From positions 1 to 64,000 of the IMG/VR virus record IMGVR_UViG_3300046660_000488: a DNA stretch of 64,000 bases. One strand, written 5' to 3'. The translations under genes were made by a program, and so were the position numbers. Positions 29,092-38,346 of this stretch are shown here, piece after piece (within the stretch, counting starts at the first letter, position 1; every line of letters begins with the position of its first letter). A model generated the notes under the pieces. It worked only from the letters and a program-made list of their open reading frames with translations. It was not told the origin of the DNA and did no database searches.

Positions 29092-29340
29092 CTAGTCCTT
29101 GGGCTGACGCACGCGCCAGACCTTGTTGTCGAAATCCACGAGGCCAGCCTTGCGGGCTTTCTGGAGAAGGCGGTTGGCCACCTCTTGGCGAGCCCACAGG
29201 TCGTTGGGCTCGTAACCGGCGCGGCCGAGAGCCGACGCGATTTCGAGGTTGGTGAAGACGCCGGTCATGTGACGCAGGGCCGAACGAACCTGCTCTTCAG
29301 TGGCGATCTTGCCCTTGTAGTTGATGGCGCTGTCGAGCAT
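29092..29340 (-). CDS. small putative winged-helix protein
   Basis: GGAGG SD; helix-helix-W strand pattern. Confidence 0.6.
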   Translation of the reverse strand: MLDSAINYKGKIATEEQVRSALRHMTGVFTNLEIASALGRAGYEPNDLWARQEVANRLLQKARKAGLVDFDNKVWRVRQPKD

Positions 29341-29395
29341 GTGGCCTCCGCAATTGAACAGAGCCACACAGTACTACATTTTGAAGTAGTGTCAA

Positions 29396-29929
29396 CTACA
29401 GTTTTGAAGTTTTCACGTGCGAGAGGCAAGACGTATCAGCTAGAAGGATATCTGCTTGCTCGGTCCCGTAATTGTCAGGGATGATCCATCCTTCAAATCC
29501 TTGACGACGAAGGTGTTGCATCAGGTCCATGGCATACTCGCGCATACCGTTTCCGTCATCGACGCCTTCGTATTCGGCGTAGTAATCCATGATGGATCGG
29601 GTGAGAACCGCGAGACGGACCGGCCGTGAAACCGTGTACGTGATCAGTCGAGGCTTTCCGTCTTGATCAGACCAAGTAGAAAAATACTTTGCTGTATCAA
29701 CAGAGTTGGTTACCCACGAGAAATCATCGAGGCCATTACGCTCGTCGAACTTGGCGTTTGTTCCGTGATACACCGTCGTTCCTTTCTGAAGAACGTACTC
29801 GTCCGGGGCCGGAGGCCCATCGTCCTCATCTTCATCCTCATTGTCGTAACCGTCGTCATCACGGTCGTCGCCGTACTCTTGGAGGTTCAGGCTCTCCATG
29901 AGGGAGATAAAATCACGAAACTGGCTCAT
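29396..29929 (-). CDS. late, putatively virion-packaged ADP-ribosyltransferase-like protein
   Basis: TAAATA 5 nt before ATG; MSQFRDFISLMES leader; VYHGT, WVT...A.YF, GFEGW. Confidence 0.6.
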   Translation of the reverse strand: MSQFRDFISLMESLNLQEYGDDRDDDGYDNEDEDEDDGPPAPDEYVLQKGTTVYHGTNAKFDERNGLDDFSWVTNSVDTAKYFSTWSDQDGKPRLITYTVSRPVRLAVLTRSIMDYYAEYEGVDDGNGMREYAMDLMQHLRRQGFEGWIIPDNYGTEQADILLADTSCLSHVKTSKL

Positions 29930-29987
29930 GCCCGTATTTATGTGGTAAATAGGAATTGCGGACCATCCCGGTCCGAGGAGAAAAGTC

Positions 29988-30683
29988 ATGAAAAGGCTTC
30001 TTGAAATCCGCTCCGCTGAAGGCGGCGCCGATTCCCAACTGTTCGTCCAAGACCTGACCAAGTCGTACCTGCGTCTCTTCGCTCGCAAGGGCTGAAAGCA
30101 CCGCGTCGTTCGGGAACGGCCGTCAGACGCGGGCCTCTACGAGATCACCATCGAAGTCATTGGCTCTGGGGTCTCCAAACTCGAAAATGAAATCGGTGGC
30201 CACCGCATCCAGCGTGTGCCGCCAACAGAAAAACGGGGCCGGGTTCACACCAGCACCGTGACTGTCGCTGTCGTCGATCCTGACGTCGCGGTGTCGGACG
30301 TCTATGCCAAGCGCTCAGACAAAGACTTCCGCATCGAATGGTTCAGCGGCTCCGGCGCGGGCGGTCAACACCGCAACAAGCACCAGAACTCGTGCCGCGT
30401 GCACCACATCCCCACTGGAGTCTGTGAAGCACGTCAGGGCCGTGAGCGTATCTCCAATCTGAAGGACGCCATGGCCGCCATCAACGTCACCCTCGACAAG
30501 ATGGAGCGCGGGGATGTCGGGGCCACCTTGGCTTCGGTTCGCAAGGACCAAGTCGGGAGCGGAATGCGCGGCGATAAGACCGTGACAATCCGTTTCCAAG
30601 ACGATAAAGTGGTGCACGAAAATGGAAAAGCCATGACCGCCACTCGTTATATGAAGGGCTTCATGGACGATGTGTGGAGCTAA
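29988..30683 (+). CDS. RF1-like class I peptide chain release factor with in-frame UGA (30093-30095), probable readthrough
   Basis: LLEIRSAEGGADSQLF...RKG*KHRV continuing in the same frame to E.GGHRIQRVPPTEKRGRVHTSTVTVAV and SGAGGQH.NK; GAGGAG SD. Confidence 0.85.
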
Positions 30684-30685
30684 TT

Positions 30686-31129
30686 ATGGCGCGTTGGGAA
30701 ATCGGGGTCGCGAGCACCACCAGTGATGAGACCAACTGGACCGGTGAATACGTGCTCGCCAACCACGAAGGCCAAGCGCTTGAGCAGGCGGAGTTCAACG
30801 GGTACTATCGCAATGTGCGCGTGCGGCCGGAGCAGATTGACGTCGCTCCGGCCTTCGACCCGGACACAGCCTTCACGACCCGATACGCTTACATCGACCA
30901 GTCGAAACCGTTTGGTGACGGCTTCACCGGCGTTCGGATCGAGGAAGACGGGAAACCGGACAAGATCATATACGCCATCGACCCCTCTGGCGCGCCAAAG
31001 GTAGAGCCTGAGCCCGAGTACGATCTTCTTGACTTGCATGGCAAGACGATGGGGATCATGGCCATCATCGCGAGTGCTTGCTTTGTGCTCGGAATGCTGG
31101 TAGTCGGGCTCACTCAACTGTTTAGGTGA
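30686..31129 (+). CDS. hypothetical protein with C-terminal TM helix
   Basis: ORF immediately after the RF stop codon. Confidence 0.65.
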   Translation: MARWEIGVASTTSDETNWTGEYVLANHEGQALEQAEFNGYYRNVRVRPEQIDVAPAFDPDTAFTTRYAYIDQSKPFGDGFTGVRIEEDGKPDKIIYAIDPSGAPKVEPEPEYDLLDLHGKTMGIMAIIASACFVLGMLVVGLTQLFR

Positions 31130-31132
31130 CCC

Positions 31133-31711
31133 ATGAAACTGATCGTAACGACCGTCGAGAGCGTCGAGCCTTGGGGCGAAAAGCTGTCCCTCGTGAAGGT
31201 GGCCGGTGTCGAACACACCGTCGTCGCCAACCGTAAGGACGATGGTTCGTTCCGCTGGGAAGTCGGCCAACCGGTCGTCTACGTCCCCGAGAACGCGATC
31301 CTGCCGCAGGACGTCCTGCTCCTGCGCGGGTACTGGGAAGCCGGAGCCAAGAAGGGCATGCTGGCCAGCGGCAAGGGCAACCGGGTCAAGGGTCGCACCT
31401 TCGGCAAGGTCACGGCCGAGGACGGCACGGTCACCGATCCGGGCGTCGAGTCCAAGGGTCTGCTGTTCAAGGTCGATCCGAAGTTCACTGACACCGGCCG
31501 GAAGATGAACGTCAGCCGGGTTCGGGTGGACAACGACCTCACCGTCGTCGGCGATCCCACCGAAGAATACACCATCGACTTCGACACCAAGACCATCGGC
31601 GGCGACTATCACTCCGAAGGCTTCTCGGGCAAGCAGGTCGTTGTCTTCAAGAACGTCCAGATCGGCGACGACGTGACCGAATTCTTCGGCGCCACGGAAT
31701 TCACCGGCTAA
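31133..31711 (+). CDS. stand-alone OB-fold (tRNA-binding / RNA ligase N-terminal-like) protein
   Basis: VG..VVYVPE.AILP, RVK...F, S.GLL, GDDVTEFFG. Confidence 0.6.
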   Translation: MKLIVTTVESVEPWGEKLSLVKVAGVEHTVVANRKDDGSFRWEVGQPVVYVPENAILPQDVLLLRGYWEAGAKKGMLASGKGNRVKGRTFGKVTAEDGTVTDPGVESKGLLFKVDPKFTDTGRKMNVSRVRVDNDLTVVGDPTEEYTIDFDTKTIGGDYHSEGFSGKQVVVFKNVQIGDDVTEFFGATEFTG

Positions 31712-31733
31712 CCGTTGATCTGGTGACCAAATG

Positions 31734-31762
31734 AAAAGGCTCCCCAATCGGGGAGCCTTTTT
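31734..31762. terminator. bidirectional intrinsic terminator
   Basis: AAAAGGCTCCCC-aatc-GGGGAGCCTTTTT. Confidence 0.85.
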
Positions 31763-31764
31763 AG

Positions 31765-31995
31765 TTCGGTGAACGAGATTCGTCGTTGACCCGACACAAG
31801 ATACGGTTAACTTAAGCGCCAGCCGCGCCCCGGCTGAGACTTGAGCCGCAGCCAATGCGTTCCAGTCCGCAGAGAAAGCAGGATCGGTCTCGAAGGCCCG
31901 CCGGAGCCGCCCGGCGGGCCTTCACACGTGCGACCTTACGCGCCCCGAGCTTCACCCACACAAAGCTTGGTAGGTAGGTCGTCCACCCGTGGCTC
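31765..31995 (-). ncRNA. candidate late structured RNA
   Basis: TAAATA on the minus strand at 31996-32001; no credible ORF; 13-bp GC hairpin plus nested stems. Confidence 0.4.
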
Positions 31996-32005
31996 TATTT
32001 AGACG

Positions 32006-32037
32006 AAAAAGCCCGCCGCATGAGCGACGGGCTTCTT
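32006..32037 (-). terminator. intrinsic terminator
   Basis: AAAAAGCCCG...CGGGCTT hairpin; T-run on the minus strand. Confidence 0.7.
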
Positions 32038-32083
32038 CAGATGGTGCTACAAAACAGCACACCCCAAGGTGGAGTTACCGGTG

Positions 32084-32341
32084 TCAGCGAATCTTGCCGA
32101 GGAGTCGGTTGGCGCGGGTCAGGATCGCGGCGACGTCTTCGGCCAGAGCGTCGGTCTCGCCGATGCGCTTGATCTCGCTCAGAACCTGAGCGACTTCGCG
32201 CTCGATGCGCTGGACTTCGACATAGGTGAAGGCCAGCTTTTCCAGTTCGCTCTTGCGAGCCTTGGTCTGGATGCCGCTCAGGATGTCGGCGAAAGTGGCG
32301 GTCTCGGCGGTGGGAACAGCAGCGGCAACGGCGTCGGTCAT
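32084..32341 (-). CDS. hypothetical protein (paralog of 32429-32725)
   Basis: SELEKLA..Y...EIKRIGET. Confidence 0.7.
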   Translation of the reverse strand: MTDAVAAAVPTAETATFADILSGIQTKARKSELEKLAFTYVEVQRIEREVAQVLSEIKRIGETDALAEDVAAILTRANRLLGKIR

Positions 32342-32428
32342 GAAATGGCTCTTCTGAATTGGTGAGCGAATGAGGCCCTATGGTTAGCAGCCGTTAGGCG
32401 CCCTTGCAAGCATTTCGTTTACGAGATT

Positions 32429-32725
32429 TCAGAGGCGGAACGGCAGGCTTGGCTCAAACGCACGCCATTTCGTCGGGACCATGTCCGGATCGCCAGCCGT
32501 GGCGTTCTGCGCGCGGCGGTAGACGTCCCAGACGATACCTTCAGGCGGATGGCCTTCGGTCTCGCCGATACGCCTGATCTCGGCCTTCAGCGGGTCCAGA
32601 ACGTTGCGGATGAACTCGTCGATGCTGTGGTAGGCGTTGGCGAGGTTTTCGAGGTCGCTGCGGCGGTGCACAAGCGATTGCTCGGCAAGCACCTTCTCAA
32701 AATCGGTCATGACAAAATGGCTCAA
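32429..32725 (-). CDS. hypothetical protein (paralog of 32084-32341)
   Basis: SDLENLA..Y...EIRRIGET. Confidence 0.7.
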   Translation of the reverse strand: MSHFVMTDFEKVLAEQSLVHRRSDLENLANAYHSIDEFIRNVLDPLKAEIRRIGETEGHPPEGIVWDVYRRAQNATAGDPDMVPTKWRAFEPSLPFRL

Positions 32726-32769
32726 AGGAAATATCCCTTATGCCTAACATGTCGTTTACCAAACTGCAA

Positions 32770-34437
32770 TTAATCTGCGCTTTGGCCCTTGAGCCATTCG
32801 TAGAAATCTTGGATCGTCAGACCGTGATGGTGGGGCTGCTTGATCATCGACGGATCGAAAATCATGTAGGTCCACGCGGCCTTGGCGTTGGCCAGCTTGC
32901 GGATTTCAATGGTCTCGGGGAATTTGATGCCGGTGGCGCCCAGCGCTTTCAGGTGATCGACGAACTCCGGCTGGTCCAGCAACCACCACCAGTGAGCTTG
33001 GATCAGGCTGGTCGTTGACGTTCCGTATTCCTCCTGCACGAGACGCAGGCCCAGCTTGCGAACGCTGACCGGCGATCTCGCGTAGTCCAGCACCTTGCTG
33101 GTGTCCACGTAGCAACGGAGCACGTCATAGTTGGCCCCGCTCTCAGCGCGGTTCGAGCCGAAATAGTTGGCCAGTTCCTTGCTGTCGGTCAGGAAGACGC
33201 CTTGGTTCTGAACCGTGCGGATCGACCCGAGGAACCCACCGCGCTGGCCCTTGGTCAGAGCAAAGCCGCTGGCCTTGATCTCGGCCGCCAGATGGCGCGG
33301 TGTGCCGTGGTAGAGGGGCGTGAGACCTTCCAAGGGTTTCTGGGCTTCCTCGCGCTTCTGCATCAGCAGAGCGTTGAGCGCTTGCAGCTTGTCCTTCGGG
33401 GCTCGACGCAGGCTGTCGGTGAACGCCTCGTAGCTGGACATGTCGAGACCAGACATATCGGGAGCATCCTCGGTGACCGGCTCCTTGAACATGTCGCCCA
33501 GTTCGCGACCGGTCAGGCCGGTCCCGTACTTGGTGTTGAACGTCACGTCGTCGCTGTTGAAATAACGACGCAGGCATTGCTCGACATTCACCGTGTCAGG
33601 AACCCCAACAACCGCGACGGTGTCGTCATACGGGCTGAGGCTCGCGTCGATCCGCTGCTCGGTGTCGTAGGGAATATGCAAGGCAATCGCGCCCTGAGCG
33701 TGGATCGCATATCGGGCGACCCAGAGGTAGATGTCCGCACCGACGACGAGACCCCGCAGGTCGCCGGTTTGGCACAGCTTCGTTATGGCTTTGGGGCTGG
33801 GGTTCTTGTAGGCGCGAAATCGCGGGTCAGCGGCCGGAAGCTCAGCTTCCGTGATCGCCTGTCCTTTGAATTCCTTGACCCACTGCATGACGCGCGGCTT
33901 GACCGACGCCATGGAATCTCGCCACTCGCGGTTCCGCCGGAAGAATGCCGGATCATGCGCGTGTGCGCGATCTCCAAGAGCTTTGACATCTTCAGCGTCG
34001 ATGTTCAGATCGACCACCGTGCCGTCTTCGAGCTTCAGAAACTGGTGGTCCCAGCTTCCTTCGATTTGGCCGCCGAACAGTTGCTGCGCGAACAGTGATG
34101 TGAACTTGCAGGAATACGACAGATCGGCCGGTTCCGGCGCGTAGCGTTCCTTCGCGCGCTCTTTCCATTTGGCCATCGCGAACTCGCGAGCCTTGGCGAT
34201 GTTCTCCGGAGTGGGCTCCAGCAGGCCAGCCTCTTCGGTCATCAGCTTGGCGATCCGGGGCTTGAACAGCTTCTGGTCGCCCTTGTCGGTCTTCAGGACA
34301 GGCTGGTTGTTCTTGTCCTTCGTGAAGCCCTTGACCTTGGCCTTGCGGTTCTTGAACTTGCCGACCAATACAGTGTCACCGACCTCAATGTCAGGCAACT
34401 CCAGAGTTTCGGATTCCAAGATTTCTTTCCAGCGCAT
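32770..34437 (-). CDS. late multidomain internal-virion-like protein with C-terminal ART-like domain
   Basis: TAAATA 4 nt before ATG; MRWKEILESE; LYHGT...GVFLT...A.YF. Confidence 0.7.
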   Translation of the reverse strand: MRWKEILESETLELPDIEVGDTVLVGKFKNRKAKVKGFTKDKNNQPVLKTDKGDQKLFKPRIAKLMTEEAGLLEPTPENIAKAREFAMAKWKERAKERYAPEPADLSYSCKFTSLFAQQLFGGQIEGSWDHQFLKLEDGTVVDLNIDAEDVKALGDRAHAHDPAFFRRNREWRDSMASVKPRVMQWVKEFKGQAITEAELPAADPRFRAYKNPSPKAITKLCQTGDLRGLVVGADIYLWVARYAIHAQGAIALHIPYDTEQRIDASLSPYDDTVAVVGVPDTVNVEQCLRRYFNSDDVTFNTKYGTGLTGRELGDMFKEPVTEDAPDMSGLDMSSYEAFTDSLRRAPKDKLQALNALLMQKREEAQKPLEGLTPLYHGTPRHLAAEIKASGFALTKGQRGGFLGSIRTVQNQGVFLTDSKELANYFGSNRAESGANYDVLRCYVDTSKVLDYARSPVSVRKLGLRLVQEEYGTSTTSLIQAHWWWLLDQPEFVDHLKALGATGIKFPETIEIRKLANAKAAWTYMIFDPSMIKQPHHHGLTIQDFYEWLKGQSAD

Positions 34438-34507
34438 GCTTTATTTAGTGCATGTAATTGATGCTGGGTTGTAGTATTCATCTACAACTCTTAGGCATAT
34501 TCGCTAC

Positions 34508-35209
34508 ATGACTGCTCCCCCGATTCCGATCCATCAACGCATTGTAACTGCCGCGTCTCGTAAGGTCGATGCCGTTACACACCAGATGCTTGGTCGCAAG
34601 AACATTCGCACGATGAATGTTTCGGTTGAACAAGGTTTGGAAAACGACTACGAGCTTTCAACCGAAATCGTCTCCGTGGTCAGCGACCAGATCGCCGTGG
34701 AATGCGCGACCGAAGCGCTGGCCAAGGCCAGAGCCCTGACCCACCGGGATGCCTTCAAGATCGCGTGGGTCGATGATCTATCAATCGGCGATTGGGCTGT
34801 GGAACGCCGGGCTGAAAATGCTCGTTTCATCGCGGCTCTGTTGAAGCACACCACGCGCGAACATCACGACCAATCGGATCGCGTGGTGTTCATGTCGCCC
34901 ACCGTCTACAGCATTCTGGCCGCGTTCAAGGTGATCAGCATCCTAGACGGCGACGAGGCAAAGACCTTGGACGACGACGCCTTCCTGCAATCGCGTGGAA
35001 CGTTCAATGGCGCCAAGGTGCTGGTAGAGACCGGCGCTGGGCCATACGACGCTGTGGTCGTGGCCAAGGAGGGATGGCTGACCTATGCGGGTGAGGGCCT
35101 GAGCGCCAGTCCGGCCGGGTCAATCGTTCTGGATCGAATTGTTGAGGTCGATCCGTCGAAGGTGGTCATTCTGCTGACCAATTCCGATTTCCATTCTGCC
35201 GAAGGCTGA
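34508..35209 (+). CDS. truncated major-capsid (gp23/gp24)-like paralog
   Basis: A.SRK, ELSTEI, VFMSPTVYSIL, GTFNGAKVLV resemble T4 gp23 P-domain segments. Confidence 0.45.
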   Translation: MTAPPIPIHQRIVTAASRKVDAVTHQMLGRKNIRTMNVSVEQGLENDYELSTEIVSVVSDQIAVECATEALAKARALTHRDAFKIAWVDDLSIGDWAVERRAENARFIAALLKHTTREHHDQSDRVVFMSPTVYSILAAFKVISILDGDEAKTLDDDAFLQSRGTFNGAKVLVETGAGPYDAVVVAKEGWLTYAGEGLSASPAGSIVLDRIVEVDPSKVVILLTNSDFHSAEG

Positions 35210-35211
35210 CG

Positions 35212-35886
35212 TCAGGATGACGCGCCAGCATCCTCACCGATGTTGGCGCTGTCATCGTCGTACGTGCCAGCGTTGAAGATCGACTTGACTTGGTTCGGGT
35301 TGAACACGCCGAACGTCAGGTGACCGTCTTCGATCATCTGCACGCCATCGAAGCCGAACACGTCGAAGATGCTCCGGATGATCGCCGCGCCTTGAGCGCC
35401 GAACATCGACGTCGAGTGCAGCCAGAAATCGAAGCGGTCGTAATGCGGGCCGCTCTCTTCCATCCGAGCGTAGTATCGAACCTGATCAATCAGGGCGCTC
35501 AGCTTCTTCGACACGTCGTCGTTGATCGCAAAACCGTTCTCCATGGCCTGCTCGGTCATGGCGTAGAAGAATTCGCCAACCGTCACTGTCTTGGATAGGC
35601 CCAAATCTGCATTGAACGGGTTCTCGATCCGCATGTAGAGCGGGATGACGTTCGCGTGGCCTTGGCCATAGTCGTCGCGCATCTGCGCGTAGTCGTTGGC
35701 CAGTTCGTTGTTGACGCTGGCCCAAACCATGCCCTTGAACGAGTCGAAGGTCTGCCCCGTTCCGTGGAACAGGACGAGAGGATTGCCGCTGCTGTCTACA
35801 GCCTTGCTGTTGCGGAACCAACGCTTGAACGCATCCGAGAACGTGCGTTCATGGTGGCGTTCGACGATCTCGATGAACTCGCGCAT
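35212..35886 (-). CDS. ART-PolyVal-like ADP-ribosyltransferase-fold protein
   Basis: MREFIEIVE; FKRWF..SK.VD..G.PL.LFHGT; A.DYA; VIPLYMRIENP; GFDGV; F.P.QVKS. Confidence 0.75.
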   Translation of the reverse strand: MREFIEIVERHHERTFSDAFKRWFRNSKAVDSSGNPLVLFHGTGQTFDSFKGMVWASVNNELANDYAQMRDDYGQGHANVIPLYMRIENPFNADLGLSKTVTVGEFFYAMTEQAMENGFAINDDVSKKLSALIDQVRYYARMEESGPHYDRFDFWLHSTSMFGAQGAAIIRSIFDVFGFDGVQMIEDGHLTFGVFNPNQVKSIFNAGTYDDDSANIGEDAGASS

Positions 35887-35887
35887 C

Positions 35888-36850
35888 TTATTGCCCCGTG
35901 CCAGCGTTGCGGCGCCGGGCGCGGCCGTTGTCCAGTTGGTTGGCGGTCTTGCCAGCTTCGACGAACTTGACCTTGAAGGGGCTGGCCTTGAATTTCGCGA
36001 TCAGAGCCTGATACTCGGCCAAGGCCTTGTCGTCGTAGTCGTTCCACCACAGTTTGTCGCGATCCGCCGGTTCGGGGTCAGCGTACTTGGCCGGGATCGC
36101 CACGACGATCTGGGTGGACGGCGGGACTTTCAGGGTCTCGTTGGGGACCAGCCATTCGGCTTCGTCCGCATAGACGTTGGCTTGACGAACGACGGCGCCA
36201 GACACCGCCGGATACCACTTCGAGCGGTTCTGCGGCGAGAAAAAACGGACGTACTCAGTGCCGTAGTAACCGGCGGCCTTGGCCGCCTGATAGTAGAGGT
36301 TGGCGTAATCGGCGATGGACGACAGGCGAAGGCCGTTGGCTTCATAGTCACCGAAGCTGGCATCATCGACGGCCGGATACTTCGTGCTCGGAGCGACGCC
36401 CTTGCGGAGCAAGTCGGCGATGTAGGAGGCGTTGTTGGTCACGGTTCCGCCGTCACCCTGAATCTTCAGTTTCGGGAAGCACCCATAGATCAGATTGTCG
36501 CCCTGCGAGCGCGCGACGTCCTTGATGCTGAGGATGCGGCCGATGATCGCCGAGTTATTGGCGACCAGCTTTTCAGGATCGTTGTAGCCGACGCGCGTCA
36601 CGCGGTTCATCCGGACAACGTCCTGAGCGGGCATGACGAAGAAGACGTTGCGGCCGACGTTAGGGCTGAAGTTGGCCCAGATCGTCTTGGACGAACTGAT
36701 GCCCTTCACGCCGTGCAGGATGCCGGTCTGGAAGAAATCGTCGTTCAGGTGCTCTGGGCGTGCGGCCAGATAGAATTTGTCGCCGCGCAAGCCGACATCG
36801 GCGAAGCTACGTTCGAGCAGGGGCTTGGGGAGGATTTCACGAAAACGCAT
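35888..36850 (-). CDS. late internal-virion-like protein
   Basis: TAAATA 5 nt before ATG; MRFREIL...LLE; DEAEW (ExE). Confidence 0.7.
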   Translation of the reverse strand: MRFREILPKPLLERSFADVGLRGDKFYLAARPEHLNDDFFQTGILHGVKGISSSKTIWANFSPNVGRNVFFVMPAQDVVRMNRVTRVGYNDPEKLVANNSAIIGRILSIKDVARSQGDNLIYGCFPKLKIQGDGGTVTNNASYIADLLRKGVAPSTKYPAVDDASFGDYEANGLRLSSIADYANLYYQAAKAAGYYGTEYVRFFSPQNRSKWYPAVSGAVVRQANVYADEAEWLVPNETLKVPPSTQIVVAIPAKYADPEPADRDKLWWNDYDDKALAEYQALIAKFKASPFKVKFVEAGKTANQLDNGRARRRNAGTGQ

Positions 36851-36858
36851 GCCCGTAT

Positions 36859-37074
36859 TTAGGGTCGCCAGAGGTGCTTTCGTTTCCGGGTTTTGACCAC
36901 GACCTTGCCATCATCGTCCACGTACATTCCGACGTAAACCTCTTCCTCACCAGCCTCGCGTTTCTCGCGGACCATCTGCTCGCCGTTGACGATCAGGTCG
37001 CACAGGACGCGGATAGTCGCGGCCGTCAGGATGGCGAGGATCGTGACGCCGACGAATTGAACGAGCGGGATCAT
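36859..37074 (-). CDS. small membrane protein
   Basis: N-terminal TM; ATGA coupling. Confidence 0.55.
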   Translation of the reverse strand: MIPLVQFVGVTILAILTAATIRVLCDLIVNGEQMVREKREAGEEEVYVGMYVDDDGKVVVKTRKRKHLWRP

Positions 37075-37400
37075 TCGGCGACCAAGCCTTCGAAATTCTC
37101 CATGTTCAACTCGTCGGCGCCGTAGATGCCGATTGCCCGGCGAACGAACGAATTCCACTGCGTCAGGTGCGGGCGGCCCATGTAGCAGCAGCGGATGACG
37201 CAGATCAGGGCGTCCATGTTAAGGTCCGCCGGATTCGTGCGCTCATAGAAATCGTCGATGACGCTGAACTGGCCGTCCACCATCAAGTCCTGAAGCGCAT
37301 TGAAGATAATGCACACCTGACCCGTGGTTAGCTCGTCCAGTTCAGCAGGAAGCAAGGCCTCCCAGTCAGTCGTATTCGTATTCAGGTCGGGCACGATCAT
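37071..37400 (-). CDS. hypothetical protein (start uncertain)
   Basis: ORF filling the gap in the operon. Confidence 0.5.
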   Translation of the reverse strand: MIVPDLNTNTTDWEALLPAELDELTTGQVCIIFNALQDLMVDGQFSVIDDFYERTNPADLNMDALICVIRCCYMGRPHLTQWNSFVRRAIGIYGADELNMENFEGLVAE

Positions 37401-38214
37401 CACCATAGCCGGGGCGGTCCACGGGTTGCCCGTAGAAATTCCCCTGCTGGTAATTTGCCACACGAGTGCCCAACAAGTCCAAATCAAAGATGGCCTTCCA
37501 CATTTCCATCTGGCCGATGTAGCCTTTCTTGCCGCTCTGGGCCTGCGCGACGACCTTCTCGAAGTCCTCCTGTGACGGCATCCACCGGAATTCGATGAAA
37601 TGCGTCTTGTCGTCTTCGGCGTTGTAGCCGGGGATCGTCAGGATGGCTTCCTTGACCGTCTCCGCCGGTTCATCGGCCATTTCATCGCTCCACGAGTGCT
37701 TGCGCTTGCACACGAACACGTCCTCTCGCGCCAGCAGGATTTCCGCCAGCTTCTTGAGGTCGTACCGACCATTGTGCATGGCCGCGTCGATGTAGTCGGC
37801 CCGCTGGCCCATGGGCAGAAGACGGCCCTGATAGTCGCGGTACAGGCCTTCGTCGCCGCCGTAGACAAGGTCTTCCAGCGTCGCTTCGCCGTCCTCGAAT
37901 TGCTCGAAGACGCCCTTGGGCGACTTCGTCTCGGCCGAAGGCCGGTGGAAACGACCGAACCGGCGGATGTGCTCGCGGCGTTCGGCGTTCAGGACGGCGA
38001 TATGCTTGGCGAATTCACCCTTGCCGAGCTTGAGCTTGGCCATGACGGAGTCGGTGCAGAACCCTTGGGTCAGCGAGTTGCTGATCACCGTTCCGCTTTC
38101 CTTGACCGTGCGGATCGTCCGCCGGGCCACGTTGAGGTTTGGCGCCAGAACGATGTGTTCGAACTTGCGCTCGTAGCGCACGGTCTCGACCTTCTCGAAC
38201 GTCACTACTTCCAC
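37366..38214 (-). CDS. hypothetical protein
   Basis: AGGAG SD; 282 aa. Confidence 0.7.
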   Translation of the reverse strand: MEVVTFEKVETVRYERKFEHIVLAPNLNVARRTIRTVKESGTVISNSLTQGFCTDSVMAKLKLGKGEFAKHIAVLNAERREHIRRFGRFHRPSAETKSPKGVFEQFEDGEATLEDLVYGGDEGLYRDYQGRLLPMGQRADYIDAAMHNGRYDLKKLAEILLAREDVFVCKRKHSWSDEMADEPAETVKEAILTIPGYNAEDDKTHFIEFRWMPSQEDFEKVVAQAQSGKKGYIGQMEMWKAIFDLDLLGTRVANYQQGNFYGQPVDRPGYGDDRARPEYEYD

Positions 38215-38346
38215 AACGGTCTCCTTCTAAGTTTTCAGACGAGTTCTATACTACAGGAGCAACCACAGGTCAATGGGCTAAAAGCCATTATTTGCAACGG
38301 GGTTGAACCCATAAATAGAGGTCAACTTCATCCAGAGGACGACTTC

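Noticed and set aside
29988-30095. prfB-style +1 frameshift in the release factor gene
   Set aside because: There is no CTT-TGA slip site at the stop, and the downstream RF sequence is in the same frame, so readthrough rather than frameshift is needed.
31780-31900. tmRNA tag-like reading (ADWNALAAA) on the minus strand
   Set aside because: No stop after the Ala run and no tRNA-Ala-like acceptor or T arm nearby.
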